A stretch of 60,877 nucleotides of DNA from Octopus sinensis (Eukaryota), in contig NW_021832399.1 in the NCBI RefSeq assembly GCF_006345805.1, positions 1-60,877 on the forward strand, in the 5' to 3' direction. Positions 29,548-43,630 of the stretch are shown in pieces. Under the pieces are notes generated by a model that made no database searches, was not told the DNA's origin, and saw nothing but the letters and a program-made list of their open reading frames with translations. Position 1 is the first letter of the stretch. The number at the start of each line of letters is the position of its first letter. Both the position numbers and the translations under genes were made by a program.

Positions 29548-30664
29548 CATATATATCTGTATCTCTCTCTCTCTCTATCTATATGCATATTAGGGCAAAT
29601 ATATCTACTGTTTGTGCTTCAGTGTAATTATGTTTCTGTAATAATGGTGTTTCTGTTAGATGTATTTTACTATTCTATACAATATTACTATTGTCGTTTG
29701 GCAATTTATTCCTAATTGTCTCTAGTGCAACTTCGACATTAATCTACTTTCGTATTTGTTTACAGTAACAAGAAACAAAACTAAACATCCGCCCCCATAC
29801 ATACATGTTAGTGAGGCATGTGAATTTACGCATGTATATATGTATACATATGTATGTAGAAGTATAGGTGAACATGTGCTTTGATGAATAAAGTGCTAGG
29901 AAGTATTTTAGCTAAGTAATGCCAAACCATTCATAAAATCTAAAGACTTGCTTCTTCAGTGCAGAAAGTAAATGCTTTTCCTGTCCCTATACAAACAGAA
30001 AAGAAAGGGGAAAATTATTTGTTCTGCTTCTAGTCAGACATCGTATCGTATTTTTAGTACAATGTAATTAAGGGACCAAAATTAATATATTAGTAAATAT
30101 GAGAACGAATGTATAGAGTGAATACCGTTGATTAACAATCGATTCGATGTGGGTTAATTTTTGTTGAATGAAATAAATAAGTGATAGGTTACATTTGGGA
30201 AGAACGCTTTAGTGTGATTAGATAGCGTTTGGGGAAAGATGGTGTTCGTTTGTGAGTATAAATATGATTACAGTGAAGTATTGCTGTGTTGTGTTTGGTC
30301 TCTCGGGAGTTTAGGAATCAGTTGGTTCCATTGTAAGTAAATTGCATTTGTAATAATACCTAAGGTTACAAAGATTTCGTGATATAAAAATTGTTGTGAG
30401 ATGATTGAATGGGTTTTCTATCTGACTACCGATTTGTTGTTTATGAGTTCGATATCGTTGTGTTTCTGGTATTACTCCCTTTTTCACGAATATTTGATCA
30501 TTCGATAGGATTACATGTAATTGATACAAAAACATGGAAAATTTGTCCCTTCTGCATGAAACCGAAGATAAAGAAAGATGAAGTTTGCCTTACGTTTCAA
30601 ATTATCATAATACCGTATAACACCTTCGCTCTCTATTACTGTCTCTTTGTTCTGTATGTTTCTC

Positions 30665-30907
30665 TCATATACACATACAGAAAAGAATCGCAAGAGGGAT
30701 TCTTCAACTCATGCCATCTGGTTGGAGACTATGGGAAGACTAACAACATGGTTGTATAATATCCATAGTATCATTTGGTAACGTTTAAGAATCCAAGATA
30801 AAAAGGTGCATTGATAGTTGCTTCTGATAGGATCTGTGGAAGAGTGGCTTAAGAACTCTACTCCAACGACACTTCCAGGAACAGTGGGCGGAGAAGATGG
30901 ATCGATG
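30665..30907 (+). mobile_element. RTE-clade LINE 3' end, diverged
   Basis: AAAGAATCGCAAGAGGGATTCTTCAA...ATAATATCCATAGT...CCAACGAC...GATGG; homologous to 46269-46640. Confidence 0.6.
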
Positions 30908-31182
30908 TATATATTTAATAGCTTAGTGTTATCGTACAGTACAAATGGTTTCGTGTAAATAAAATTCCTAATTATTCAGCCGTAGTTTGAATAATTCTGG
31001 CAGTTCAACTATTTTTGAAAGAATGAATGCAAAACAGATTTCAAACAAATTTCATATAGTATTAATATTTAGAAGAAGTAACAAAGTGACTCAAAGTCCG
31101 AGAGTTTCGTGCGTTGGAACAAATATACATATGCTCATATTTTGAGTTCTATTCTTCTTGTTTGCACCAACATACCTATTCC

Positions 31183-31238
<56 letters not shown>

Positions 31239-31948
31239 GGTATGTCGGTGCGTATATATATATGTATGTGTGTATGTATATATATATATATATATGCATG
31301 TATGTGTGTACATATATAGATACACACGCACACACACACATATGTACATTGTAATCTCAGCGCAGTTATAATTATTTTCCACAATAAACGCGTGGGATTG
31401 TGTAGGGTCGGAGATCTAGTTGGTTGGACAGCGAATTCATAAGCCATTCAATAAACAACACAAAAATCAATTATTCTGTAACCTCTGTAACAAAAAGAAA
31501 AAGATCATTTTGTTACATAATAACAGGATACAGACAGAAGCAAAACGAACAAACAAACAAACAAACATATCTGCAATTGCCAAAACATCGAGTTTTGTCT
31601 CATATCGCCTAAAATGAAAAATCTTACATTGGTCCAATAGAAAACTCATTTAAGACTAAACTATTCGTTACATAGAAGATGACACTTCGCCCTTGAAGCT
31701 CATCTGCAAATAGTTATATAAAAATAGTCTATCCTGTACTGACCTTGTTCAAAACTGTGCACTTTATGTTTGACTGGAAAATGTCATAGCACAAGCTATC
31801 TTACACAGATAATGCACAGCGGTTACGTCACACACCATGTTGCATACAGTCAATGTTCTGTAGCAAGTATAAAAATTTGCTGAAAATCATTGCGCCTTGC
31901 ACTCCTGGACATTGGTATGAAATTGAGTTACAAGAGTAACTACAGAAA

Positions 31949-32052
<104 letters not shown>

Positions 32053-32059
32053 TTATCTA

Positions 32060-32135
<76 letters not shown>

Positions 32136-32366
32136 CCTATCTATCTATCTACCTATAAGCACACGTACATACATACGTACATACATTCATATGCACGCAC
32201 ACACGCACCCGCGCACACGCTCATAAACACAAATATATGTACACGCATACATACGAATGTATATGATGCATATGTATGTATACACATATAAGTATATACC
32301 TATTGGCATAAATACATACATATACATATATACATATACATACATATATATACTTATATGCATTTG

Positions 32367-32399
<33 letters not shown>

Positions 32400-33059
32400 G
32401 TATGTGTGTATGTATGCATCTGTATTGCAAGTGTGAAAATGGTGATCAAAATCAGAGAGAGAAAGAAAGAGAAAAGAGATAGATAGATAGATAGATAAAG
32501 AGAGACAGAGAGTGTGCGTATGCGAGTAGATAGATAAAATTATTGAAGAAAACAACTCAATGAACAAAAATAAATAAATGAAATAAAAAGAAAGAAAAAA
32601 GAAAACCACTGATTGATCTATCTTTCCAGTTAACTAACCGTCAAGTCAGTCTTCAAACCCGGCATCCAGTCAAGCATCTCATAAACAAACGAAGTAAAGA
32701 TAATAATTATATAATTAGAAATAGCTTTGGAAAAAATGGAGAGTGCATAGACTAATTAGGTAATCGATAACGAAATTAAACCTTAATAAAGAAATAAATG
32801 ACAGGATTAATAAATAACTAAACTAAATATATATTTGTGCTTTAGTAAATTTTAGAAAATTCCAAACAAAATGATTGACTTTAATGGTATCAGATCCTTT
32901 GTTTCAGCGATCGATTATTTTTGAAATAAAATAAAGATAAAAGGAAATTAAGATACTTTTTTTGTGCTTTTCTTCAGCTTTGAAACATGAATCATTCAAA
33001 ATATTAAACTAAGAATTCGGTGTACGCATTTAAAACAGCATTAAAATAGCCATCTATGT

Positions 33060-33099
<40 letters not shown>

Positions 33100-33299
33100 C
33101 GTGTCATCTGTTATCAGTATGCTGAATATCAAGGATTTCCATTCCCGTCTTTTCTCTGCCAATCTTACACGAAGCTTTAGAATTTTCATTCATTTGCCCG
33201 CTCTCACCTTTCTGTTTAAGTAAAAATTTGTGGTTTGGTCATTTTAACTGCTATATTTAGCATGCCGGTGATATATATATATATATATATATATACAAT

Positions 33300-33583
33300 T
33301 ACTCTTTTACTTGTTTCAGTCATGTAACTGTGGCCATGCTGGTGAACTGCCTTTAGTCGAGCAAATCGACCCCAGGACTTATTCTTTGTAAGCCTAGTAC
33401 TTATTCTATCGGTCTCTTTTGCCGAACTGCTAAGTTACGGGGACGTAAACACACCAGCATCGATTGTCAAGCGATGTTGGGCTATAGTAGAAGACACTTG
33501 CCCAAGGTGCCACGCAGTGGGACTGAACCTGGAACCATGTGGTTCGTAAGCAAGCTACTTACCACAGAGCCACTCCTACACCT
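33300..33583 (-). mobile_element. SINE family 1 with internal deletion
   Basis: Very close to the family pattern, but the microsatellite-bearing middle is missing at CGATGTTGG|GCTATAGTAG (~33480). Confidence 0.92.
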
Positions 33584-33734
33584 ATGTATACACACACACA
33601 CACGCACACACGCACACACACACATACACACAGACACACACACACACACATGTAAATATACTGTGCTCAGGCATGGCCGCAGTCCTACAACTGAAATTCT
33701 TAAAGAGATAAAAGAATACATATATATATATATA

Positions 33735-34520
33735 TTACTTTATCCACCATCAATCATAAAACATTTACTTAATAGCATTAGCTGACGAGTTTTCAACCTA
33801 TCTACCGATAAAGCTACTTTCGAAAAGGCAGCTCTATGCTACAACGCTGCATTAAAAAAGTTCATTTTAAGGAGTAGCATAAATTATATTGAGCCAAATG
33901 TAGATAGACCATGGAGGTGCAGGCACAGGAAAATATTATGCTACAATCCCCTATATAGCATAAATTTAGCCACCAACTTAGTAAATTCCTAAAAGTAATA
34001 GATTTCTCATACTCACATAAATACCATAAGATCTTCAATAGAAATACGGTTAACCATAGCAATAAGGTCAAGTATATTCAACCACAATAAGAATGATAAT
34101 ATTAGGAATATCACCCAAAGACCCTGTAATTGTAGATCTTCAAACAGCTGACGCTGAACAACCAGTGTCTCGAAAAAGAACTTGTGTACAAGGCCAACAT
34201 TATGGACTTGAACGGAATAACAGAAACCAATATTGTAATAGTGGGAAACACATTCATAGAAAGCATTTGGCTTCACTCAGAGATAAAAACAAAAGAACAC
34301 AGAACATCCGTATCCAACATGGTATGGGCACTGAAAGAGAGAGTGGCGTGAGCAACTCCCAGATAACCTGAAGCATAGTTGCTAAGCTCTGCAACTACAA
34401 GGGGCGGGGCAGCAAACGCGAGCTTTGCATCACTGAAAAATTAAAGCGAATATATTGAATATTAGGGATGAAACCTTCTCACCCAGTATGTATAAGCAAC
34501 ATTTCACACTTTCAAATTTT
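33735..34520 (+). mobile_element. Penelope-like element fragment (late RT plus GIY-YIG)
   Basis: YPPSIIKHL, RHRKILCYNPLYS, HKYHKIFNRNTV, PCNCR, LNNQCLEKELVYKA, VWALKE, ELCITEK. Confidence 0.78.
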
Positions 34521-34845
34521 AAGAAGCCCGCCAACCTTGATTAGGTTTTCTCTGAGCGTTAATTATATCCATTAAACGAACTTTACGCCTAAAGATACAT
34601 GCCCCCATAAACTTTTGCTGAGCTCCCTTATCACACAGATATATAGATTTCACACATTCATGGCATCACAATTTCACATCATGATATGTACAAATTTATG
34701 AACCCACAATCCCATGAGTTTACAATACATGAGTTTACTATCCCATGAACCAAGTTTGATGTGAAAATACGTGAAAAATATGCGAAAATTCACAGTTATT
34801 ATTATACACCCAACACGAACAAAATGCATAATGTAGATGCAGAGT

Positions 34846-34896
<51 letters not shown>

Positions 34897-35309
34897 TCGT
34901 GCGTATACTTATATATGTATGTATGTGTATGTATGCGAGTATGGTATTTCAATAATAATATACATTTCGGCTAATACTGGCGCAGGCATTTTATCATGTT
35001 TCATATTTTAAGCACCATCGCATATTCGAGTTAGGAGCTATTGCTTGCAGAGATATATCCGAGTGTAGGCGATTTAGAGGAATTAGTCCAAGAATTGTTT
35101 GAATGTTATGGAGTTTTGCTTAGCATACTATTTCTTAGAATGCTCTTAAAGAGAGTAGAGCCATTTCAGGTGAAATAGTTCTTTGTGTTGTTATGTAACG
35201 CAAACACAATTTTTGAACAGGACGAATGACACAAGAAATAGGCCTTGGATGTATTTTAAAGTTGATTGCTGCGGTAGAAGGATTGGCGTTTATATGTACA
35301 TACACAGAC

Positions 35310-35342
<33 letters not shown>

Positions 35343-35401
35343 TAGACAGACAGACAGACAGACACACAGACACACACACACACCCCAAACACATATTCAC
35401 A

Positions 35402-35614
35402 TATCTTTTACTTGTTTCAGTCATTGAATATATACTCTGTAATCTACGTGAAATCTATTGAAGCGAACTCTGGGTTTACCAATCGAAGGGAGAACAGTTT
35501 AGTCATTTATCTTAAATTATTCGAAATGTCTCCTATAATTCGATGTAGTTAGCCACGTATGGATTTTATCAGAGTGCTCGTGAAGTATCTTCATTTCAAA
35601 TCCCTGTTCCTTTA
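35402..35614. repeat. ~215-bp dispersed repeat, copy 1
   Basis: Aligns end to end with 38408-38625 in the same orientation (shared GAAATCTATTGAAGCGAACTCTGGGTTTACC..TCGAAGGGAGAACAGTTTAGT). Confidence 0.9.
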
Positions 35615-35648
<34 letters not shown>

Positions 35649-35677
35649 CATATATACATATATGTAAACATACATAC

Positions 35678-35761
<84 letters not shown>

Positions 35762-36992
35762 ATATCTATCTATCTATATAGATATTCTTATATACATACA
35801 TGAATATGAGAGAGAGAGAATGAAACAAGGAGAAAAGATGAGAGAAATCTGAAAGAGGAAGAGAGAGAGACAGAGAGAGAGAGAGAGAAAGAAAGAGACT
35901 GAAATATGACAATTGTGGAACACGTGTTAAATAATTGAATAAGTCGAAATTATATAATCTTTTATTCTACAGCACTGTTACATCGCATGACTGAAGAATG
36001 ATGCCTTCCATTCCAGTCCTATTAAATTCCAACCAAAAATCACTTCTCTGAATTCCCTTTTGACTTTCTGTCCTTTTAGATTTAAGAACGAATTTATTTT
36101 ATGTATATTTTGTTTTGGTGAGTATACGAAGTGATTAGGAGTGATGAGTTACCATTTTTATCAACGGAATCATTTGGGAGTACAGCCTGAAATGAAATAA
36201 ACCAAAATGACTATATTCCACAAAAAAATACCCCTCTAGATTTTATATTTATTTCTCTAGTGGATGATAAACCAAGAAGCATGTAGAAATTGCCTGGTAT
36301 TTCAAAGTTATCAAATTTAAAAACAATCAAATTGCATTGTCTTCTATTAGAAAAACGAAACAATAAAAAAAGATATAATAATTGCTGTGCCCGATAAAGA
36401 CATCATTATTATATTTTGCATTACTATTTTATTTGATTAATAAAAAAAAAAATACGAATTATATTTGTTTGGCGAAACGTAATTTTATTTAGAATGTGAT
36501 ATGAGCATTTCTGAAGAATACTCTATTATATTAAGCTGAAAAAGCAATTCCCAGTTTCAAAAAGGCGATTATAAATTAGGAGTCTTAAAGAGATTAATAT
36601 TGTTGTTCTTAATGAAAAAATATTATAGAAAACAAATCATACAGAAAAAATAAAAGAATAAAAGAAAAAAATATCGATTTCTAGCCATTTTTAATTGTTT
36701 CACTGATGGATTGCGACCAAGCTGGAGCACTGCTTTCCATGCATTTTTAATAAATTAATCGGCTCTAGTACTGCGACTGATACAACGTTTATTGAAGCCT
36801 ATTCCACGATTCGTTAAATGTTTCTCAGAAAGGGTTACCTTTCTTTACGGAATTATAGACGTTAGTTTATTTACAACAATTTATGCCGGTACACACATAC
36901 ACAAGTGCATACATACATGCGTACATACATACATACATACATACATACATACATACATACATACATACACGCATATACATATATAGATACAC

Positions 36993-37034
<42 letters not shown>

Positions 37035-37223
37035 GTGCGTGTGTGTGTGTGCATATGAAGCAACTTATAGAGATAGAAGATGGAACACAAGGGAAATTTA
37101 ATTGCTAACAACGGTCGTTTCATTACACCCTGCCTCGATCCCTCGCGGGTGAGTATATATACAACTAGTTGTTTTGCCTTCCTCGGTGCAGACGCGTCTT
37201 GTCAGGTGTACATACATATATAG

Positions 37224-37339
37224 AGGCGCAGGCGTGGTAAGAAGCTTGCTTCCCAGCCACATAGTTCAGGGTTCAGTTCCACTACGTGGCACCTTGAACA
37301 AGTGTCTTCTACAGACCGACCAAAGCCTTGTGAGTGGAT
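37224..37339 (+). mobile_element. SINE family 1, 5' part
   Basis: AGGCGCAGG...GTAAGAAGCTTGCTTCCCAGCCAC...GGTTCAGTTCCACTACGTGGCACCTTG. Confidence 0.8.
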
Positions 37340-38407
37340 CACCCAATGTCTTCGCACTCAAAATGTGTGTTTTTGCACTGTAACATTTTGCATTAGAGAC
37401 ATATTAGCACATAGACACGACGCCGCTCTGTTATCTCTCTCACTAATCCTTTCTCTCTCCCCATCGCTCTCTCATACACATCTTTCTTTCTTTCTTTCTT
37501 TCTTTCTTCCTTTCCTTTTCTTTTCTCTCTGCTTCTTCTCTGTCTTCCCCACCATACTCATAAATGTAACATTTTTTAATTATTTATTTTACTTTTTCTA
37601 ACAACCTGGTTTAATGTCAATCGTGATTAGTTACATATCCTCAAACTCCTCAATTCTCTTTCTCTCTCCTTCTCTCCGCCTCTCTTAATCTCGCTCTCTC
37701 TTTAATTCTTCATTACTCTGCTTTTTCTCCCATGCAATTATTCACCGCCAATAGGCGATCTTTGACAATAAATGTGTGTGTGTGTGTGTATATGTGTATG
37801 TGTGTGTATGTATGTGTATGTGCATGTGTGTGTATGTGTGTGTGTATGTGTGCGTATTAAGAAAACAAAAAATATATATGGTATTAGACGTGGCAGCGTT
37901 CTGTTCTTGTCTGCGAGCGTTTGTTATTAAATCGAACTGCCTGTTGTTCTACCGTTCACACATGACATAGATCTTGTGTAATACCATCGGCATCATCAGG
38001 TCCTCTACCATCCTTACCACAAGTCACACACACACACACGCGCGCGCACACAAAAACAACGTTTCTTCAAGCAATCGGAGACTCCTCCACCACCGTCAAC
38101 ACCAGTAAATATCATTACCGATAGCTTTTTCACTCTTACCATCACCACCACCGTCAATACTCGTCCCCCCTCCATTACCATCATAACCATCCATAACCAC
38201 GTGCACACACTCACAGGTGTATGAAACTCATCAACGCAACCATCTTCCCACAACATTTATAAACAACGAGAAACCAACAGAACCATTAGGTGGTAGCTAG
38301 ACTTACTGGAAATGAAAACGCTCAAATTGCACCACATTATCTTCAAAAACGGTTGAACGCTTTGGTAAATGCAGTCGCACACACACACAAACACACACAT
38401 ATCCGCA

Positions 38408-38624
38408 TATCTTTACATGTTTCAGTCATTGATTATACACCCTGTATTCTAAATGAAATCTATTGAAGCGAACTCTGGGTTTACCGGTCGAAGGGAGAAC
38501 AGTTTAGTTGTTTATCTTAAATGATTCAAAATGTTTCCTATAATTCGATGTGGTTAGCCGCGTCTGGATTTTATCAAGAGTGCTCGTAAGATATCTATCT
38601 TGATTTCAAATCCCTATTCCTTTA

Positions 38625-38625
<1 letters not shown>
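38408..38625. repeat. ~215-bp dispersed repeat, copy 2
   Basis: See 35402-35614. Confidence 0.9.
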
Positions 38626-38658
<33 letters not shown>

Positions 38659-38714
38659 AATACATACCATACATACATACATACATACATACATACATAC
38701 ATACATACATACAT

Positions 38715-39350
38715 AAAATGTTGTCACGGTACTACCTCCCTATGCAGCATGATGTTGTAGGTAGAACAATTTGCAATGCCATCCGGAAAAAAGACTGTCC
38801 TGAAATAAACTTAGAAATTCCCTCTGTTATGGAATACATTCATAAACACTAACTCAAGGAATACTGGTGGAATATTACCATCAAAACTTCTGTCAAATGT
38901 AAGCGTAACAGGCCGGATATTGTTGTTTGGGACAGAGGGGCAAAGGTATGTACCATCAAAGAGGTCAGGTGCCCTCCAGATATAAATATCTCTTTGAAAA
39001 TCAAAGAAAAAGAGGATATCTATGGACAACTGCTTCGAAACCTCCAGATTCTATATCCAGACTATGAATTCATATTCATACCAATAATGATTCGAGCACT
39101 TGGTTTTGTTAGTAAATACTTAAAGGGGAATCTGGATGAACTGGGTTTTTCAGAAAGAGAAATTGACTGGTTGATTCGTACATTACAAGTGCAATCTGTG
39201 AATGGAGGAGTAAAAATATGCAAGACTTTTCTCAAGTTCCAAATGTGAATTTGTTTGTGTTAGCTACATCCCAAAGATGGAGCCTTGTATCTTTCTTGGA
39301 AACCGACACCCTCCTCAGTGGAAGATTTATAACAATAAAAAATAGAAGAG
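38715..39350 (+). mobile_element. RLE-type (R4-like) LINE 3' fragment, distinct from the Dong families
   Basis: One frame with a single stop: KMLSRYYLPMQHDVV...EYWWNITIKTSVKCKRNRPDIVVWD...EVRCP...KEKEDIYGQLLRNLQILYPDY...VKICKTFLKFQM* (stop 39246-39248). AATAAA in the UTR; CATA repeats on both sides. Confidence 0.8.
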
Positions 39351-39798
39351 ACATACATACAATCCGGAGAAATTAGGCTTTTCAAAACCAGAAAGGAGAA
39401 AGCTGATTCGAAAACTACAGATCCGAGCCATCACTGGAACAGTTAAAATAAAGCTTTCAAGAAGTTTATCATTTAGGTTTATATGAACATATCTACGTAT
39501 GCAACTATATGCATAAAAATACATACATAAAACAAAACATCCAAATATGCACACATACATACATACATACAAAGAGAGAAAGAGAGAGAGAGAGAGAGAG
39601 TGTGTGAGAGAGGAGAGAGAGAGAGTGTGAGAAAGGCAAGCACATTAACTTACAAGCGTTCTTAGTCGGCTAGAATGATGTTGAAATTCTAATGAAGGAG
39701 CTTTGGATCCAGGTTAGAAACCGGCTCTTTCTCTATTCAAGGATTATTGAAATAAAACTGAATAATGACATACATACATACATACATACATACATACA

Positions 39799-39830
<32 letters not shown>

Positions 39831-39837
39831 CATATGT

Positions 39838-41101
39838 ATGATGGATCCCATAAAAAATGCGATTTTTATGTTTCTTTTATGTTTTCAAAATTAAAATAAA
39901 CAAAGTTCTTGTTTAATCTAAAATATACTCTCCTTCATTTTCTACAACACCCTTCCATCTATCTGGTAAACTTGCAAGGCCCCTCTTCTAAAATTCACTT
40001 GTCTGTGACGAAAAATACTCCTCCAGTACTGTTCTGACCTCGTCTACAGAATTCCTATTTTTTCCGTCCAAATGATTTTAAAGACTGCAGAATAAATGAT
40101 AATTAAATGGGGCAATGTCCGGCGAATATGGTGGGTGGGGCATCGTTTTCCATCCAAACTGCTCCAGTCTTTGGAATATCATCCTCGCTGTATGTGGTCG
40201 AGCATTATCCTGATGGAAGAACATTTTACGTCTTGAAACCAAAGATGGTAATTTTCCTTCTAGCGCTGACTGAAGCCGCTTACACTGCTCACAGTGGATC
40301 TCCTTTGTTATCGTTTGGTTTGGGTTTAAAAGTTCAAAGTGGACTAAACCTTTCATATCCCACCAAACAGATAACAATACCTTACGTGGGTGAAAACCTT
40401 CTTTAGTCTGGAGTGCGGTGTTTCTCCTTTCCCTACCCACTGTCATCGGCGCACGACATTTTTATAGCGAACCTATTTCTCGTTACCAGTCACTATTCGC
40501 TCAAAAAAAGAAAAAAAAAAAGGTTCATTCGTTAGATGTGACAGCAAAGAAGATCACACATTTACTCTCTGCGTGCAATTAGACTCGGAAATTTTGTGAG
40601 GAACCCATTGACCCAATTTGCTGACTTTCCGATGACACGCTGGTGTCGATGAATAGTTGAATGTCCAAATCCAAGCTTCTCTGCTAGTTTCTCAACAGTT
40701 ACGATGAGATTTTCTTCCACCAGGATTTGCAGGACGTCTTCGTCGAGCTCTACAGATCTTCCAGAACGAAGCTCGTCTTCTAGGCTGTAGCTTCCAGCTC
40801 GGAATTTCTGGAACTACCGTTGACACTGGCTTATTGTCCGATCTCCATATACTGCATTAATATTCCTTGCACTTGTTGCCTTTATTGAACTCATAAAGCA
40901 AAATATGCCAAATATGCTCCTTTATTACTTACATTATAGCTTTAAAAAATAACTGCTAAAATCGAAGTGCATTCTTCAAAACTTACAAGGTAAAATTACT
41001 TGCTGCTTTTATAGCACGTTGATGCTGGTAGTTTATCCCGTATCCTTCCGACTTTTAGTTCATGCAATTGAAAAAAACGCATTATTTATGGGATGACCCA
41101 A
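39838..41101 (-). mobile_element. mariner DNA transposon, near full length, decayed
   Basis: TIR TTGGGTCATCCCATAAATAATGCG (right end 41101, then TA) vs diverged ATCCCATAAAAAATGCG at ~39845; about 1.26 kb. Confidence 0.9.
39913..40934 (-). pseudogene. mariner D,D34D transposase pseudogene
   Basis: VLLSVWWDMKG, FHQDNARPH, HPPYSPDIAPFNYHLF. Exactly 34 residues lie between the HQD aspartate and the third catalytic position, which is mutated D to N. Confidence 0.92.
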
Positions 41102-41357
41102 TACTTATATCGGAAAAACCTATGGCTGTATGGTTAATGAGGTTGCGGTATAAGTCCAGCTACGACCATCCTGGGTAATTGTTTTCTATTATAGCTTTAT
41201 GCCGATCAATACCCTGTGAATGAATTCGGTAGACTGTCTAGAAGTCTGTTATATATACAATATATATATATATATATATATATTATATACATATATACAC
41301 ACACACATATATATATATATACAAATACACACACACACACCCTCACACACACACACA

Positions 41358-41397
<40 letters not shown>

Positions 41398-41401
41398 GCA
41401 T

Positions 41402-41690
41402 ACTGCCACTCCGTGGGTTACGATGATGAGGGTTCTAGTTGATACGATCAATGAAACAGCCTGCTCGTGAAATTAACTCCACAGAAACGTGTAGCGTTAA
41501 CGTAGTTCCCACGGAGATTGAGCGTGACACAGAATGTTACAAAGCTGGCCTTTTGAATAACAGGTATAACTAATTTTTGCTAGCTGAGTGGACTGGAGAA
41601 ACGTGAAATAAAGTGTCTTGCTCAGGGACAGAACACACCGCCGGGAATCGAACTCTCGACCTTCGACCGTGAGCAGATTACTCTAGCACA
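41402..41690 (-). mobile_element. tRNA-derived SINE family 3
   Basis: Minus strand GAGTTCGATTCCCGGC (B box) followed by CCCTGAGCAAGACACTTTATTTCACG...CAGTCCACTCAGCT. Confidence 0.8.
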
Positions 41691-42306
41691 AACACATATA
41701 TACATATATATACGTACATACACATACACACTCTCTCTCCCCCCTCTCTCTCTCTCTCTCTCACACACACATATACATAGGATAAGCAACCACATAGTTT
41801 ATGTCTACCAAAATTACTCGCAAGGCCTCGATCGGTTATGGCTATAGTAGAAGTTACTTGTCCACCATAAACGAGGCGGAACATATAAGGATAATGTAGT
41901 CCTAAATATAGTATTAAAGTTAGGAGGAGTGGTCATGACTGGAATGTTGTCTATCACAAGTTTGCCTGATGTGGGTCGGCTTGGAACTTAAACAATAGCA
42001 ATAATAACAGCAAGATTTCACGTCGTTATCACTAACATACATGAGCACGAATAACTCTAGTACAAAGAGTCAATATTACACCACTCCACTATCACCACAA
42101 TGTACTACATCACCCCACTACCACCATCCCCACCACAGCTATAGACTATACAATCATCACTACCACCATCACCAGCGCCACCGCCTCAGCAATTGATTAT
42201 ACCATCATTAGTACCACCACCACCACCACCACCACCACCACCTACACCACCTTCATCACCGATGTTTCCCCACCATAATGTACCTGAACCAGCAGCAACA
42301 GCAACA

Positions 42307-42337
<31 letters not shown>

Positions 42338-42939
42338 CAACAGCAGCAACACCCCTACCCTTATCTCCGCCACCATAAGCAGCTTACATCAGAGACTTCA
42401 CACGCAAATCAAACATTATTATTTATTTCAAGGACGTTCTGAAACAAAACGCAGCAATTACCTTTCTTCTTTGTTTCTCTTCAACGTGAAAATCTATAAT
42501 TAAACCATTACAAATAAATAAATAATCAAAGACTTTTTTCTTTGAGTAATGCTTGTTGTTGCCGTTGGTGGTGTATAAGGATGTCTATGTGTATTTAGTT
42601 TCGTTTCTAGATTAAAGTTTTATGCTCTTCTACATTTCAAAGTTTGCTTTTCACACCTTCGTAAATTTACAAACTATTTTATAGCAACGAAACAGTGACT
42701 CACCTCCCACTGACGTTTAAGACATTTCACTATCATTTGTATTTCGTAATTTCATTGTTTTTATTTCACTTACATAAACGAAATTCAAATGCTTCACCTG
42801 TTTTTAAAAGAATTTATAAGGGATTCAATGTCGTGAGTTGATGAAGAATGTAAATAATAAAATATGCTAGCAAGGAGTGATGGTTATATGTAAAGCCGTC
42901 CCCTGACTTTTAACTACGAGAAAGGACATTGAGTTCTTG

Positions 42940-43110
42940 AATGGTTGATTGACTGACTGGCTGATTGATTGAATGATTGACTGACTGATTGACTAACTGA
43001 CTGTTTGATTAACAGACTAATTGATTGAATGAGTAATTGTTTGATTGGTTGACTGACTGACTGTTTGATTCAGTGAGTGATTGATTGATTGACTGATTGA
43101 TCAGTTTGGT
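42940..43110. repeat. degenerate (GATT/GACT)n tetranucleotide array
   Basis: Directly visible. Confidence 0.9.
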
Positions 43111-43499
43111 TCATTTATTAATTTCTGGTAATGTGCTATTTTTTTATAAGACACCTAACATCTCCTTTCTTGTCCTCTCGGTGCTTCCTCAAAACTTTCG
43201 ATATTTCCTAAACGAATTAGCATGGTGTGTGCGTTATGTGTATATGTGTGGCGTGTATGTGTAAGTACGTGCGTATGGGTATATGTGAATGTGTATGTAT
43301 GTATGTATGTATGTATGTATGTATGTATGTATGTATGTGTATGCGTGTGTATGTGCGCGTGTGCATATGCATGCTTATGTGTGTCTATCTGTTTGTGCGT
43401 GTGTGATATATTCATGAGAGGTAAGGTACTTCCTTTTCCGATAAAATACATGGCCGAATTGTGTGGAATATCTTCTCCCCAATAATTATTATTATTATC

Positions 43500-43613
<114 letters not shown>

Positions 43614-43630
43614 GTTATTATTATTATCAT

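Noticed and set aside
37141-37210. HDV-like ribozyme around TTCCTCG (37179-37185)
   Set aside because: P1 and P3 need several mismatches, and no P2 partner or J4/2 was found.
42193-42378. Pro/Ala-rich 61-aa ORF
   Set aside because: Explained by (CCA)n and (GCA)n low-complexity sequence; no splice or homology support.
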